Counted from the stretch's first letter, positions 1 through 9,365 are shown. The stretch is DNA of 28,813 bases from Thermoproteota archaeon (GCA_029258835.1 JAPDJY010000052.1:1-28813); one strand, 5' to 3'. The notes: generated from the sequence alone by a model not told the origin. A program made the numbers and translations.

Positions 1-53
1 CATAAAGGCGCTGGCAGCCCTCCTCCCAACCCTAGAAAAAACACGCGGAAAAA

Positions 54-91
54 CCCCCAACACCCCAACACCCAACACCCCAACACCCCAA
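54..91 (+). repeat. Short tandem repeat (CCCCAACA)n, about 4.5 units, one unit 7 bp
   Basis: Sequence reads ccccc-aaca-cccc-aaca-ccc-aaca-cccc-aaca-cccc-aa, just upstream of the 147 ATG. Confidence 0.8.
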
Positions 92-146
92 GCCCGGAAA
101 AACAATCACGCTGGGAAAGGAAGGATACTCGGGAGGGGGACGGGAG

Positions 147-2264
147 ATGCTCAGCCAAGCAGGAGAGGAAAGGGGAGGAGAAGGAGAGGAAGGGTTGAAG
201 AAGGGGAGGGAGGGTGAAGCTGGGCAAACCCCAAAGGGTGATGCCTGCAAGTTCTACATGGGACTCTTTTCCTCCCTAAATAAGAGAGGCGAAGTGGAGG
301 AAGCCCCAACTGATGGCGAATGGAAAGTCTACTTACGAAGGGTGGAGGTGGAGGACAACATTGTGAGAAAGGTCGAGACGCCCGAAGGAGACCTCGAGGC
401 GAATATTAAGCTGAGCAGGTTCTACAAGTCAGATAAAATACCGGAGCTTATGATGAAGATGGAGCCCATACTAGGGGGTTCACACGGTTACGGGGGGAAA
501 CACAGCTTCTATAAAAAGGCGGGACTATTATCGCTTTATAACTACAAGGTAGGGAAACAAGGTGTTGTTAAGGGGGAGGATGTCGCTAAGTTTCTGGTCA
601 TAGTCTCTAATCTTTTGGGACATGAATACGGTAAGAGCTTGCTGGCAAGCTTAAAGGAGGCAGGCATCTACCGAGAGAGAGTGAAGAAAACATTGGTGAA
701 GGGAGCGTTAACCCCGCTCAAAAGGGCGGTCAATATCAAAAGAGCATTTAACCTTGGGTGGAACCTTGACCGCATTGTGGACGGGTTAGGGGGGTTGGTG
801 GGGGCATATGTCGGAGATGGGGCACTCAACAAAGAAGGCAAATTCGTATATACTGCTAAGGATAGAGAAGAAGTGTATAGGGTGGCAGAATACGTGTTCT
901 TGGTGACAGGTGAAAGACCAAAAATCCGCCTCGATGAGAGAAATGGGACATGGAATTTACGCTCGAGGGCGGCGGGTTTACTACTCGAGGCCATGGACTT
1001 TGAACGAGGCAAAAAGACGGTTCCAAGACGCCCACTGCCGCTAGAAAAAGTTGTTGAGGCGCTGAGAAGCGGCGACCCAAAGGAAAGAGCGGCGTCGTTA
1101 CGGTACTTACTGAAAATGAAAGAGGCAATTATAATGGGAGACGGAAGCATCACTGAAGATGGGAGGATCGAGATAGCCCAAAACATCTGGATCATAAATA
1201 GTAGGATTGAGGCCTTAAAAGAGGGTTTTAACGAGTTCGAAGAACTTCTCTCTATGATGACCGGAACTGGAGTCAAAGGCGAGCAAGACGTAAAAACAGC
1301 GCTAGAAACACTAACAAAGAGAAAGCTCGCATACAAGAAGCCTTTTACAGGAACCATATGCTACATCTTGAGAATGGACAAGCTAGAGGAGCAATCTAGG
1401 ATGACAAAGGATGACCCCCAACACGGGAGGCTACATGAGTTCTTCAATTACCTCAAGGAACGCTGCGACAGGGCGGAAAACGAACGCCTATCCCAGCTGG
1501 CACACGTTACAGAAGAGTTCATCAAAGTAATGGTAGAAGAGTTAGGCATACCACCATTAGAAATAGAGAGAAAAATAAAGATTTATAAAATGTCAAACCC
1601 GCAAGTCTCGGTGAGTAGGAGGTATGGTGTCACCGTAAGCGTGACTAGAAGTTTGGAGTTTGGCGGATGGATCCCTTTCATGTTACTCCCCGTCATAACG
1701 GGTGAAAAAGGCAAAAAACTCGCAGAGAAAATAGTATCAAGAATATGCAAGGTCGAAGTAGAGGTGTCAAAACCCAAAGCCAAGCAACTCGCCGAACTCA
1801 TCAAAGAAAACATAGAAGCCCTAGAAAAAGATAGACTCATAACGGTGAAGGAGACAAAAAGCGGACTGAGGCAGGAAGTCGAAATACCATATCACCTCAG
1901 GAGAGAGATCTTAGAAATAGAAGGGGAGGCGGAGGAGGAGTTCGGAGACATTATGGAGAGGTTCAGGAGGCTCTCAGAAACTGTCAAAAAAGAAGGTGAA
2001 CACGGAGTTAAAACAACCAAGCTAAAGATAGGAGAAGCCGATAAGGACGTTTACATAGCAACCTTTCTCGAAGCAATAGACGGATTCGATATAAAACCAA
2101 CCCCAACGAGGATAATTGTAAAAAATCCAAGAACTAAAGAGGAGAAATACTTTGTCATTTTCACTCCCGACCCAGCGGAGTTTCTCGCTAAAGCCCGCAA
2201 CGTCTTGAAGAAGTTAAAGGGAGAAACTAGGGGAGGAGCTCAACAGTATAACTCAGCTATCTAG
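147..2264 (+). CDS. Large protein with a LAGLIDADG homing-endonuclease-like domain
   Basis: 705-aa ORF with two LAGLIDADG-like helices, GLVGAYVGDGAL (~790-826) and KEAIIMGDGSI (~1119-1151). No intein splicing residues recognised at the ends. The true start may lie upstream of the window. Confidence 0.6.
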   Translation: MLSQAGEERGGEGEEGLKKGREGEAGQTPKGDACKFYMGLFSSLNKRGEVEEAPTDGEWKVYLRRVEVEDNIVRKVETPEGDLEANIKLSRFYKSDKIPELMMKMEPILGGSHGYGGKHSFYKKAGLLSLYNYKVGKQGVVKGEDVAKFLVIVSNLLGHEYGKSLLASLKEAGIYRERVKKTLVKGALTPLKRAVNIKRAFNLGWNLDRIVDGLGGLVGAYVGDGALNKEGKFVYTAKDREEVYRVAEYVFLVTGERPKIRLDERNGTWNLRSRAAGLLLEAMDFERGKKTVPRRPLPLEKVVEALRSGDPKERAASLRYLLKMKEAIIMGDGSITEDGRIEIAQNIWIINSRIEALKEGFNEFEELLSMMTGTGVKGEQDVKTALETLTKRKLAYKKPFTGTICYILRMDKLEEQSRMTKDDPQHGRLHEFFNYLKERCDRAENERLSQLAHVTEEFIKVMVEELGIPPLEIERKIKIYKMSNPQVSVSRRYGVTVSVTRSLEFGGWIPFMLLPVITGEKGKKLAEKIVSRICKVEVEVSKPKAKQLAELIKENIEALEKDRLITVKETKSGLRQEVEIPYHLRREILEIEGEAEEEFGDIMERFRRLSETVKKEGEHGVKTTKLKIGEADKDVYIATFLEAIDGFDIKPTPTRIIVKNPRTKEEKYFVIFTPDPAEFLAKARNVLKKLKGETRGGAQQYNSAI

Positions 2265-2325
2265 AAGCACTAGAGGGGAATTTACAGGGAAGTGGCAGTC
2301 ACTAGATAAAAACAAGGTGGAAAGG

Positions 2326-2987
2326 TGACCGACTTAGCAGCGGAGCTAGAAGAGCTCGTAAAAGAAGTAGAGGAAACCGACTTTACGGGGAACGAACCGC
2401 TAGAAAAGAGGCTTTTTGAGAGGGCAGACGAGCTCGTGAAAGACTAAATCTTGAGAGATGAGGTTTAAAGGCGGGGAGACGGGGGAAGAGATGGAGAAGT
2501 TCGAGAAGATCAAGCTCTCAAAGGTCTTCGCCAAGAAGGTGTTAGAATGGCTTGACAGAGGGACTCCGCAAAAACGCCATAAAACAATGGAACCCCGACG
2601 AGAGAAGACTACGACTGGTGGAACAGATCGTTGATGGAACTTCTAAGTGAAAGAAGAGCTTCCCTACTAGACGATGTAGAAATGTTTATCGGCCGACAGG
2701 CCATCATGAAAAGAGTGACAATGAATTCAACAAACACACCAGGAGCATTGAAAGTACTTCTAGACCACATAGATAGGCTAACCTTATGGGACAGAGCAGT
2801 AATAGCGTATATAAGCTTAGTTTTCATAGCGAAGAAAAATGCAAGAAAGTTCCACCCAGACTTAGAGGAGGCACGTATTATTTACTTTAACTTCTTTCTG
2901 ATACGTGTGGTGGTGAGCAACGCAACACCAACTAGGAGCGTCACGAGAGAGCCCCCGAAGCTAGTGCATAAATCAATAAGCCTCTAG
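2326..2987 (+). pseudogene. Coding-like fragments, including the 118-aa ORF 2631-2987; possibly a decayed continuation of the upstream gene
   Basis: Short protein-like frames (e.g. VTDLAAELEELVKEVEETDF...ADELVKD*) with the same purine-rich composition as the upstream ORF, broken by stops and frameshifts. Confidence 0.3.
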
Positions 2988-2996
2988 GTGAAATCA

Positions 2997-3010
2997 CGAA
3001 AAATTTATAA
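2997..3010 (+). promoter_or_regulatory. Archaeal BRE/TATA promoter of tRNA-Asp
   Basis: cgaaaaa-TTTATAA about 29 nt upstream of the tRNA 5' end (3039). Confidence 0.6.
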
Positions 3011-3038
3011 CGACAGGTTAACTACTAACCTTCTGAGC

Positions 3039-3202
3039 GCCCCGGTGGTGTAGCCACCTAAGTCTGGGCTGTAAAGGTTTTATCATCACGGACTGCTAAA
3101 CTGGCCCGTAATGTCGATCCGTGGATGGAGAGCAGATTGTCCTGCCTCCCGCGAACCCGGGTTCAAACCGGAGGTGGGGAATAAATCCCGGCCGGGGCGC
3201 CA
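3039..3202 (+). tRNA. trnD: tRNA-Asp(GUC) with four BHB introns (3056-3074 at 17/17a; 3094-3111 at 32/33; 3126-3155 at 46/48; 3167-3184 at 58/59); CCA encoded
   Basis: Removing the four introns gives a 79-nt cloverleaf: acceptor GCCCCGG/CCGGGGC, G73, CCA; anticodon arm ACGGA-CTGTCGA-TCCGT; T arm CCGGG-TTCAAAT-CCCGG. Each intron has a 4-bp central helix and two 3-nt bulges (GTAG/CTGT, ACGG/CCGT, CGTG/CGCG, GTTC/GAAT). The mature D-loop is 12 nt, one more than usual. Confidence 0.9.
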
Positions 3203-3294
3203 CTTTCCTTAACAGCCTCTTAATTTTGCATTGCTTGAGGTTACACGCAAATTATTTAAGGATATTTGAAGCGGTTATGTTTCAGGTATGTGTT

Positions 3295-3477
3295 GGGCGG
3301 GTAGTCTAGAGCGGAAAGCGGGAAACTTGGTATGATTCCCGTGTGGCACGGGAATGAAACCGGGTTTAGCTTGTGCGCCTAAGGGACCCGGTGACCTTCC
3401 GTGTTGTGCGTGGGGCCGGTAGTCCTGGGTTCAATGCAGCGGCGTGAACGCCGTGCGGACAGATCCCAGCCCGCCCA
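3295..3477 (+). tRNA. trnP: tRNA-Pro(UGG) with five BHB introns (3310-3325 at 15/16; 3337-3358 at 25/26; 3368-3382 at 34/35; 3394-3421 at 45/46; 3435-3462 at 58/59)
   Basis: The spliced product is a 74-nt cloverleaf: GGGCGGG TA GTCT AGCTTGGTA TGAT A CCGGG TTTGGGA CCCGG TGGTC CTGGG TTCAAAT CCCAG CCCGCCC A. Central helices GGGT/GCCT, CCGG/CCGG and GTTC/GGAC pair fully (with G-U). GTCT/GGGA and TATG/AATG pair 3 of 4. Confidence 0.9.
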
Positions 3478-3521
3478 TCAATTGCATTTTTTCCTTGTTA
3501 TGTTTTGTTGGGGGTGTTTCG

Positions 3522-5084
3522 TTGAGGTTTGCATTGAGGGGTTATTTTGAGCTTAGCGACGTTCTTTCAGATGATGCTGTGGGGGGAGTTAGGAGGTTCT
3601 TAGGTGAGATTGGTGATGCCGTGTTCAAGAAGGGGGCTCCTCGTGGGAAGGAGGATGAGGCGGCACGGCTGATTAGTTGGGATGTTAGAGGGAATAGGTT
3701 TTATGTAGAAGTTGAGAGTGGAAGGTATGTTCGAGCTCATGTTGCTTTTGTTAGATTGAGGAATGCTTTGGCGGAGTTCCTTGGTTCTAGGTTTGGGTTG
3801 GGAGTTAGGGGCTCTAGGGTGGAAGAGTACGTTTTGGAGTTTGAGCTAGATAGGGAGCCGTTAGAGCCTGTTAATGTTTTGTTTGCTAAGGATGTTAGAT
3901 TTGATGGGAGGAAGGTTACGATTTTACTTGAAGATTTAGATGATGTTGCTTTGGAAAGGAATTATCCTGATAGGATTATTGGGCGTGTGCGGGAGAAGGT
4001 GGCTAGGCAGTTTGTTTCAGGTAAAGGAGAGTTTACCCGTGTTGTTAGACGTAGTAATAAGGGTGTTGAAAGGTATGTGCTTAAGGAGGACCCGACCGAC
4101 TTAGCTATTAGGTTTGGGTGGGTTAAGGAGTATCCTGCAACGGGTGTTTGGCAGATTATGCCGCCTATGGCTGCTTTAATTCGCGCTATGGAGAAGTTGA
4201 TCGTCGACGAGGTCGCTAAGCCGCTTGGCTTTCAGGAGGTGATGATGCCTCGCCTTATACCGTTAGAGGTCGAGTATAGGAAGGGGCATTTTGGCATTGC
4301 GAACGAGATTATTTGGGCTTGCCCTCCTGTCTCCCGTGACCCGAAGGATTTTGAGGACTTGGTGGATTATGTTGAAATTACTGGTGGTCCTCCGCCAGCG
4401 GAATTTTTAAGGGAGAAGCTGCGTCCTCCTCTTTATGGTCTTTCTTACGCTCAATGTGAACCGTTCTATGAGATGTTCCATAGGGAAACTGTTGACTTAG
4501 ATGCTTTAGAGGAAGAACCCATTAAGTTCTATGATAGAAATGGGCCTACTTATAGGTGGGAGAGTGGGGGGGTTAGGGGGCTGGAAAGGTTAAACGAGTT
4601 CCATAGAGTTGAATTTGTTTTTCTTTCGACGCCTAGGAAGTGTATTGAAATCAGGGATTCTATATTGGAGAGAACAGAGAGAATTGTAGATGAAGTGTTT
4701 GATTTAGAGTATAGAGTGGATGCAACCACGGCAGTTTACCTTGAACATGCCGGGAAGATGGAGGAGGAAGGAGGAGGGGACTTCGTTAAAACGTATGACT
4801 TAACCGCTATTTTGCCTTTTCAAACTAAAAGTAGGCCCGAGGCAGAGCTTGAAATTGCAAGCTTCCACGTTCACACGGATTTTTATGCTAAACGCTTCCA
4901 TTTTAGAGATAAAAAAAGGAGGACGGTCTTCACTGGTTGTGCTGGACTCGGCCCCTCAAGGTTTGCATACGTCTTCCTTGTAAGGTACGGTTTCGACTTT
5001 GAAAACTGGCCTAATGAAATTAAGAAGTACATAGGAGAGAAGCTGCCCGAGCCACCCAGAATGTTAACATGGCCTAAGGGGTAA
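3522..5084 (+). CDS. serS: Serine--tRNA ligase, methanogen (rare) type
   Basis: N-terminal SGRYVRAH domain motif, SYAQCEPFY, motif 2 GPTYRWESGG..GLERLNEFHRVE, motif 3 TGCAGLGPSR. Start moved to TTG 3522 (GGGGTG SD-like upstream) because the ORF-track start at 3444 lies inside tRNA-Pro. Confidence 0.9.
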   Translation: MRFALRGYFELSDVLSDDAVGGVRRFLGEIGDAVFKKGAPRGKEDEAARLISWDVRGNRFYVEVESGRYVRAHVAFVRLRNALAEFLGSRFGLGVRGSRVEEYVLEFELDREPLEPVNVLFAKDVRFDGRKVTILLEDLDDVALERNYPDRIIGRVREKVARQFVSGKGEFTRVVRRSNKGVERYVLKEDPTDLAIRFGWVKEYPATGVWQIMPPMAALIRAMEKLIVDEVAKPLGFQEVMMPRLIPLEVEYRKGHFGIANEIIWACPPVSRDPKDFEDLVDYVEITGGPPPAEFLREKLRPPLYGLSYAQCEPFYEMFHRETVDLDALEEEPIKFYDRNGPTYRWESGGVRGLERLNEFHRVEFVFLSTPRKCIEIRDSILERTERIVDEVFDLEYRVDATTAVYLEHAGKMEEEGGGDFVKTYDLTAILPFQTKSRPEAELEIASFHVHTDFYAKRFHFRDKKRRTVFTGCAGLGPSRFAYVFLVRYGFDFENWPNEIKKYIGEKLPEPPRMLTWPKG

Positions 5085-5145
5085 CCAAAAAGCCGAGACA
5101 GGAGGAACGTACATTTACAAAATCATGATGGATGCTGTGTGATTA

Positions 5146-7980
5146 CTATTCTATGTAAATTCCCGGCTTTAATGGCTCTGCCACCTTAGCTTTTTCGTGC
5201 GTCGACTCGTCGGCGAGTATGACTTCTACTTTTGCTTTGAATTCCCGTTCAATGAAGGATTTTGCTTCATTTAAGGCGTTCACCTCTTCTTCTTGCGTTA
5301 ACGTAACCGATGGAAGATCCCTTACAAGTTTTTCTGCATACTTCACAGCATCTTTGCCGTGTTGCCGGATCTCGGGGATCTGCATAACTCTTTTAATAAG
5401 GTTTTCCCTGCCCTTTAACGCTTCTTTCAGGATAGTGTACTTCCAGCTCGGAGACGCGAAGAGAACTATTTTTTTAGGTTTCTTTATGTTTGTGACCTTT
5501 AAGATTTCCTTTATGTCGTCTGTGAGGGATTCCACTAGCTGTTCTTTCGCCTCGATCTGCTCGTCAATGTACTCCTCCCGGTATTCAGGCCATCTCTCCA
5601 TGGCTATAAGCTGTTTGCCCCCTATTTTCTCCCATATTTCTTCACAAATGTGCGGCGCTACCGGAGCGAGGAGGAGAACCATGGTCTTTATTGCCTCTTT
5701 TAGTATGTCTCCATATTCTTGGGTTCGCCGCATGTACCATCTTATATCGTTCCAGAGGTTGAAGAAGCCCTCTTGGATGGCAGACCTCGTCTTAAGGTTA
5801 TCATAGTTTTCGGTCACTGCTTTTATCCTTCTGTGAAGGCGGCTCCTAAGCCACCTGTCTATTTCCCTGTTAAGAGGCTTAGTTTGAGGCAGATTCGTCG
5901 CAAACTCGTAAAAGGTTTCAAGGCGCCTTCTTAGTCCTTGAACCTCCTTCTCCCGCCAATCAGGATCATTTAACCCTTCGGCAGCGTAAGCCAGGCTCAT
6001 CCTTGTAACATCAGCGCCATACTTGTTTAATGCCTCACGCATGGTGATAAAGTTCCCTTTTGACTTGGCCATTTTCTCTCCTTCAACCTGTATCATTCCG
6101 TTGACACCTATCTTTCGAGGCCACTTGTCCTCTGGCCATAGGGCGACATGATGGAAAAGGAAGAAAGTTAAGTGATTGAAAACTAATTCTTTAGCTGATA
6201 CCCTTAACTCTACTGGGTACCAGTACTCGAATTCATCCCGCATAGCCTCTAAGACATTCCTGTCAAGTCCACTTTTAGAAGCAACTTCGTCTAGGCTCCC
6301 CTCACCAAGAAACACGTAGTCAAACACTTCGGGTACGAGCTTGTCTGCACTTACGTTCAGCATGTTCAAATGCTTAGCTATCGTATAAAAGGCCATATAT
6401 ATTGTAGAGTCAGACAACGTTTCAACAATCCATTCCGGATCCCATGGTAACCGGGTTCCTAGCCCGGTTTTGCGGACGCATGCCTTATCCTCAAGCCACT
6501 CTACAGTGTTTTCGAAGGCATTTCGTGCCTCGTCAGGGAGAATAACCATCCTGTTTAGTTGACGGCGCACTTTTGCCTTCCATTCCGGATCAGAATACCT
6601 AAGAAACCATTGATTCTCAAGGATCTTAACTATGCATTTCGTGTTACACCTGCATATAACAGTGTCGGCACATTCATACATTGAGTCCGCTTTACCTTCA
6701 GCTTTAAAGTCATCCATTAAACGTTGCTTGACCTCCCTAACAGGAAGGCCACGGTATTTCCCGGTGATTTCCTTAAGCACGCCTTTGTGAAACTCCTTCC
6801 TGTAAACATCTTTAGTAAGTTCATCCAGCCTTGGATCTAACTGGGTACGAATACCAGCTTTATCAACGGCTTCTATTGCGGGATGCTCACCTAACCCCTC
6901 CGTTTTTATGAGGCTTATAGGCTTCAATTTCGCAACCACGTCAATGGGTAAACCATATTCCTCCAAGGTCTCAGGGTTTTCCCTCAACTCCTTAATTGCA
7001 GCCCAATCGTAAGGAGCATGGCTGGGGACGCTCATAACCACACCCGAAGCATTGCCAGGATCCACGAAGGACGCTGGCAGGATAGGAACCTCGTTGCCGA
7101 CAACCAAGTTTTTACAATACCTCCCGACAAGCTCGGCACCTTTAAAGCGTTCAAGAACGTTTACTTGCTTCCCTTGCTCCTTGAGCTTGAAAGCAGCTTC
7201 CTCGCTCACAATCCACATTTCACCATTAACTTTAGCCCGTACGTAGTCTCCGTCCGGGTTAACCCACATGTTCGTCACGCCAAAAACGGTTTCAGGCCTT
7301 AAAGTAGCAGCCATAAGGAAGGCCCCGTCTAACTCAAACTTTAGCAAAGTGAACTCCACGTAGGATACGCCCTCGCCGACGAGCCTATCGTGGTCGCCTG
7401 TCGGACTCTCACAGTTAGGACACCAGATAACAGGGTGGGTGCCAATGACGACGTAACCTAAATCCTTCAACCTAAGATACTGCCACTCGATGAAGTGATT
7501 ATAACGTGGGTCTATCGTCGTAAATTGCCTTCTCCAGTCAACTGAGAAACCGATCCTCGCAACGTCCCTGATCGCTTCACGGCGATAATATTGAACAATG
7601 TAATGAGGATCCTTAAATTTTTCAACCTCGCTTTCAGGCACGCCGCCCTTAACTAGAATATCAATCTGCTTTTCATCACCTTTACTAATTCTCTCAGCAA
7701 CGCCAACAATAGGTTCACCAGTAGCGTGAAAAGCAAAAGGAAAAAGAACGTTAAACCCCTGCATCCTCTTAAACCGAGCATAAATGTCAACACGCAAACA
7801 CGTAAAAGCATGACCAAGGTGGAGGCGGCCGTTAAGGTAGGGATAAGGGAAAGTTACAAGTAAGCCTCGCCTCCACTTCCCGGTTCTTTCACTCTTCGGC
7901 GGAGGGTCCGCTTCAAAGAGTTTAGCTTGAGACCATCGTTTCTGCCATTTCTCCTCTATGAGATCCCAGTCAAGCGCCAT
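5146..7980 (-). CDS. leuS: Leucine--tRNA ligase, archaeal type
   Basis: FPYPYLNGRLHLGH (HIGH motif), ATLRPET editing domain, ETLSDSTIYMAFYT, KMAKS (KMSKS variant), C-terminal AEPLKPGIYIE. Confidence 0.97.
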   Translation of the reverse strand: MALDWDLIEEKWQKRWSQAKLFEADPPPKSERTGKWRRGLLVTFPYPYLNGRLHLGHAFTCLRVDIYARFKRMQGFNVLFPFAFHATGEPIVGVAERISKGDEKQIDILVKGGVPESEVEKFKDPHYIVQYYRREAIRDVARIGFSVDWRRQFTTIDPRYNHFIEWQYLRLKDLGYVVIGTHPVIWCPNCESPTGDHDRLVGEGVSYVEFTLLKFELDGAFLMAATLRPETVFGVTNMWVNPDGDYVRAKVNGEMWIVSEEAAFKLKEQGKQVNVLERFKGAELVGRYCKNLVVGNEVPILPASFVDPGNASGVVMSVPSHAPYDWAAIKELRENPETLEEYGLPIDVVAKLKPISLIKTEGLGEHPAIEAVDKAGIRTQLDPRLDELTKDVYRKEFHKGVLKEITGKYRGLPVREVKQRLMDDFKAEGKADSMYECADTVICRCNTKCIVKILENQWFLRYSDPEWKAKVRRQLNRMVILPDEARNAFENTVEWLEDKACVRKTGLGTRLPWDPEWIVETLSDSTIYMAFYTIAKHLNMLNVSADKLVPEVFDYVFLGEGSLDEVASKSGLDRNVLEAMRDEFEYWYPVELRVSAKELVFNHLTFFLFHHVALWPEDKWPRKIGVNGMIQVEGEKMAKSKGNFITMREALNKYGADVTRMSLAYAAEGLNDPDWREKEVQGLRRRLETFYEFATNLPQTKPLNREIDRWLRSRLHRRIKAVTENYDNLKTRSAIQEGFFNLWNDIRWYMRRTQEYGDILKEAIKTMVLLLAPVAPHICEEIWEKIGGKQLIAMERWPEYREEYIDEQIEAKEQLVESLTDDIKEILKVTNIKKPKKIVLFASPSWKYTILKEALKGRENLIKRVMQIPEIRQHGKDAVKYAEKLVRDLPSVTLTQEEEVNALNEAKSFIEREFKAKVEVILADESTHEKAKVAEPLKPGIYIE

Positions 7981-8129
7981 CTTAAACGCCCCTTCCTCTG
8001 CCTTTTAGTAGAGAGGTAGAGACTGGAAGCAAATAAGCTTTTTCTAGAAAGACCTTTATAGAAGGGAGAGTGGAGGGTTGCTCTGTTTAACTTTTTCGGG
8101 TGTTGGTGGCAGACGCGGAGACTAAGAGA

Positions 8130-8858
8130 TTATTTAGGCTGAGACTCATAGATTTTTCTTCTTTTATCGTAGAGGAGGCGGGTGGCTATTTTCCTCGCTG
8201 GGGATCCTGCTACGACCGTTTCAGCTGGGACTGCTCGTGTAACGACCGCTCCTGCTGCTACTACGGCTCGTGCTCCTACGGTGACTCCTGGGAGAATTGT
8301 TGCGTTTGCGCCTATTATGCATTCTTTAGACAGCTTCGCTGGGGTTATCCTACTGCTGGGAGGGTATTTATCGTTCGCTACTACAACGTTTGGCCCTAGG
8401 AAAACGTTATTTTCAACTCTCGTGCCCGTAGACAAGTAGACGTTACTTTGCATAACCACGTTTTTTCCCACATTCACGTTTGCTTCTAAAACGCTGTTAC
8501 TTCCAATTTTCGTGCCTGAACCAATCTTCGTATTTTCTCTTATAAGAACGCCGTGTCCTGTGGTCACCATGTCACTTAGGGATGCATTCTCGTAAATTAT
8601 GGTATTAGATCTTATGATGCATTTTCTGCCTATTTTGGCCCCCGCAGTGTTATCGTAAAGGCGTAGAAGAGGGGGTGTATTGGAGGGAAGGATCGCTTCA
8701 AGGCTTTTTCCAGAAGGATACCCTATCACACAGTTTAAACCTATATAGCACCCATCTAAAATTACGCTTCTACCCAAAATAACCACGTCGCCTTCAAATA
8801 GGACATCATACAACTTTGAGTGGGAAGAAACATATTTCAAAGGAGCCACCTCAAACAC
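8130..8858 (-). CDS. Hexapeptide-repeat (left-handed beta-helix) acyltransferase
   Basis: Multiple [LIV]Gxxxx repeats, TTGHGVLIRE, IGANATILPGVTVGARAVVAAGAVVT...VAGSPAR. Confidence 0.85.
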   Translation of the reverse strand: MFEVAPLKYVSSHSKLYDVLFEGDVVILGRSVILDGCYIGLNCVIGYPSGKSLEAILPSNTPPLLRLYDNTAGAKIGRKCIIRSNTIIYENASLSDMVTTGHGVLIRENTKIGSGTKIGSNSVLEANVNVGKNVVMQSNVYLSTGTRVENNVFLGPNVVVANDKYPPSSRITPAKLSKECIIGANATILPGVTVGARAVVAAGAVVTRAVPAETVVAGSPARKIATRLLYDKRRKIYESQPK

Positions 8859-9131
8859 ATTTGATTTACCTTCAGCCGGTTTATATCGAAGTAGCTATGA
8901 AAAACCTTGCAGTAGTTATTGAAGACTTTTTAAGTTGCTGCATTAAATGCCCTTCTATTTTTCCAGATTGGAGGTAATTTTATTTTAAGAAACACTTTCC
9001 TGTTGAAGCCTTGTTCTTTAAAAAAGTTTAGAGGAGTGAGCAGGCTATTTGTGAGAAAATTTTTTATTTCTCTCATTTTATGGTCTCACGGGATTAAATA
9101 GGCCCCTCAGCGCTTTTCTTAGGTGTTTAGA

Positions 9132-9326
9132 ATGGGCAAGATAAAGCTTTCAGAGGAGGAAAAGGGAGTAGTTAAGGAGGTCATGGATGAGTTAGGGCTG
9201 AGCGGTGGAAGGGTGAAGATACTGGTTGAATCGGTCGGCGTCAGAGTAGGGTTTAATAAGAGGAAAATGAGAGTTGCTGTTAAGCGCGCGTTAATTGGGG
9301 GCGAGCCGACGGTCAAGAAAAGGTGA
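9132..9326 (+). CDS. Small basic hypothetical protein (64 aa)
   Basis: ATG 9132 preceded by AGGTG SD-like site; protein-like sequence; lies directly upstream of hdrA. Confidence 0.6.
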   Translation: MGKIKLSEEEKGVVKEVMDELGLSGGRVKILVESVGVRVGFNKRKMRVAVKRALIGGEPTVKKR

Positions 9327-9365
9327 CGAAGAAATAAAGCATAGGTAGGAGGTGGGTGCCGGGAA

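Noticed and set aside
54-91. CRISPR array or telomere-like repeat
   Set aside because: Units are 7-8 bp with no spacers, and there are no cas genes in the window.
147-2264. Intein or group I intron host gene
   Set aside because: No Hint-domain terminal motifs and no recognisable interrupted host gene or rRNA flanks.
3121-3309. 62-aa ORF
   Set aside because: Overlaps tRNA-Asp and tRNA-Pro; spurious.
3039-3477. tRNA-Sec, long-variable-arm tRNAs, or split/permuted tRNAs
   Set aside because: The variable-region hairpins have BHB geometry and splice out to leave 4-5 nt loops; the anticodons are GUC and UGG, and the exons are colinear.
3444-3521. N-terminal extension of serS in the ORF track
   Set aside because: Starts inside the tRNA-Pro T-loop intron and crosses its T-rich terminator; TTG 3522 is the better start.
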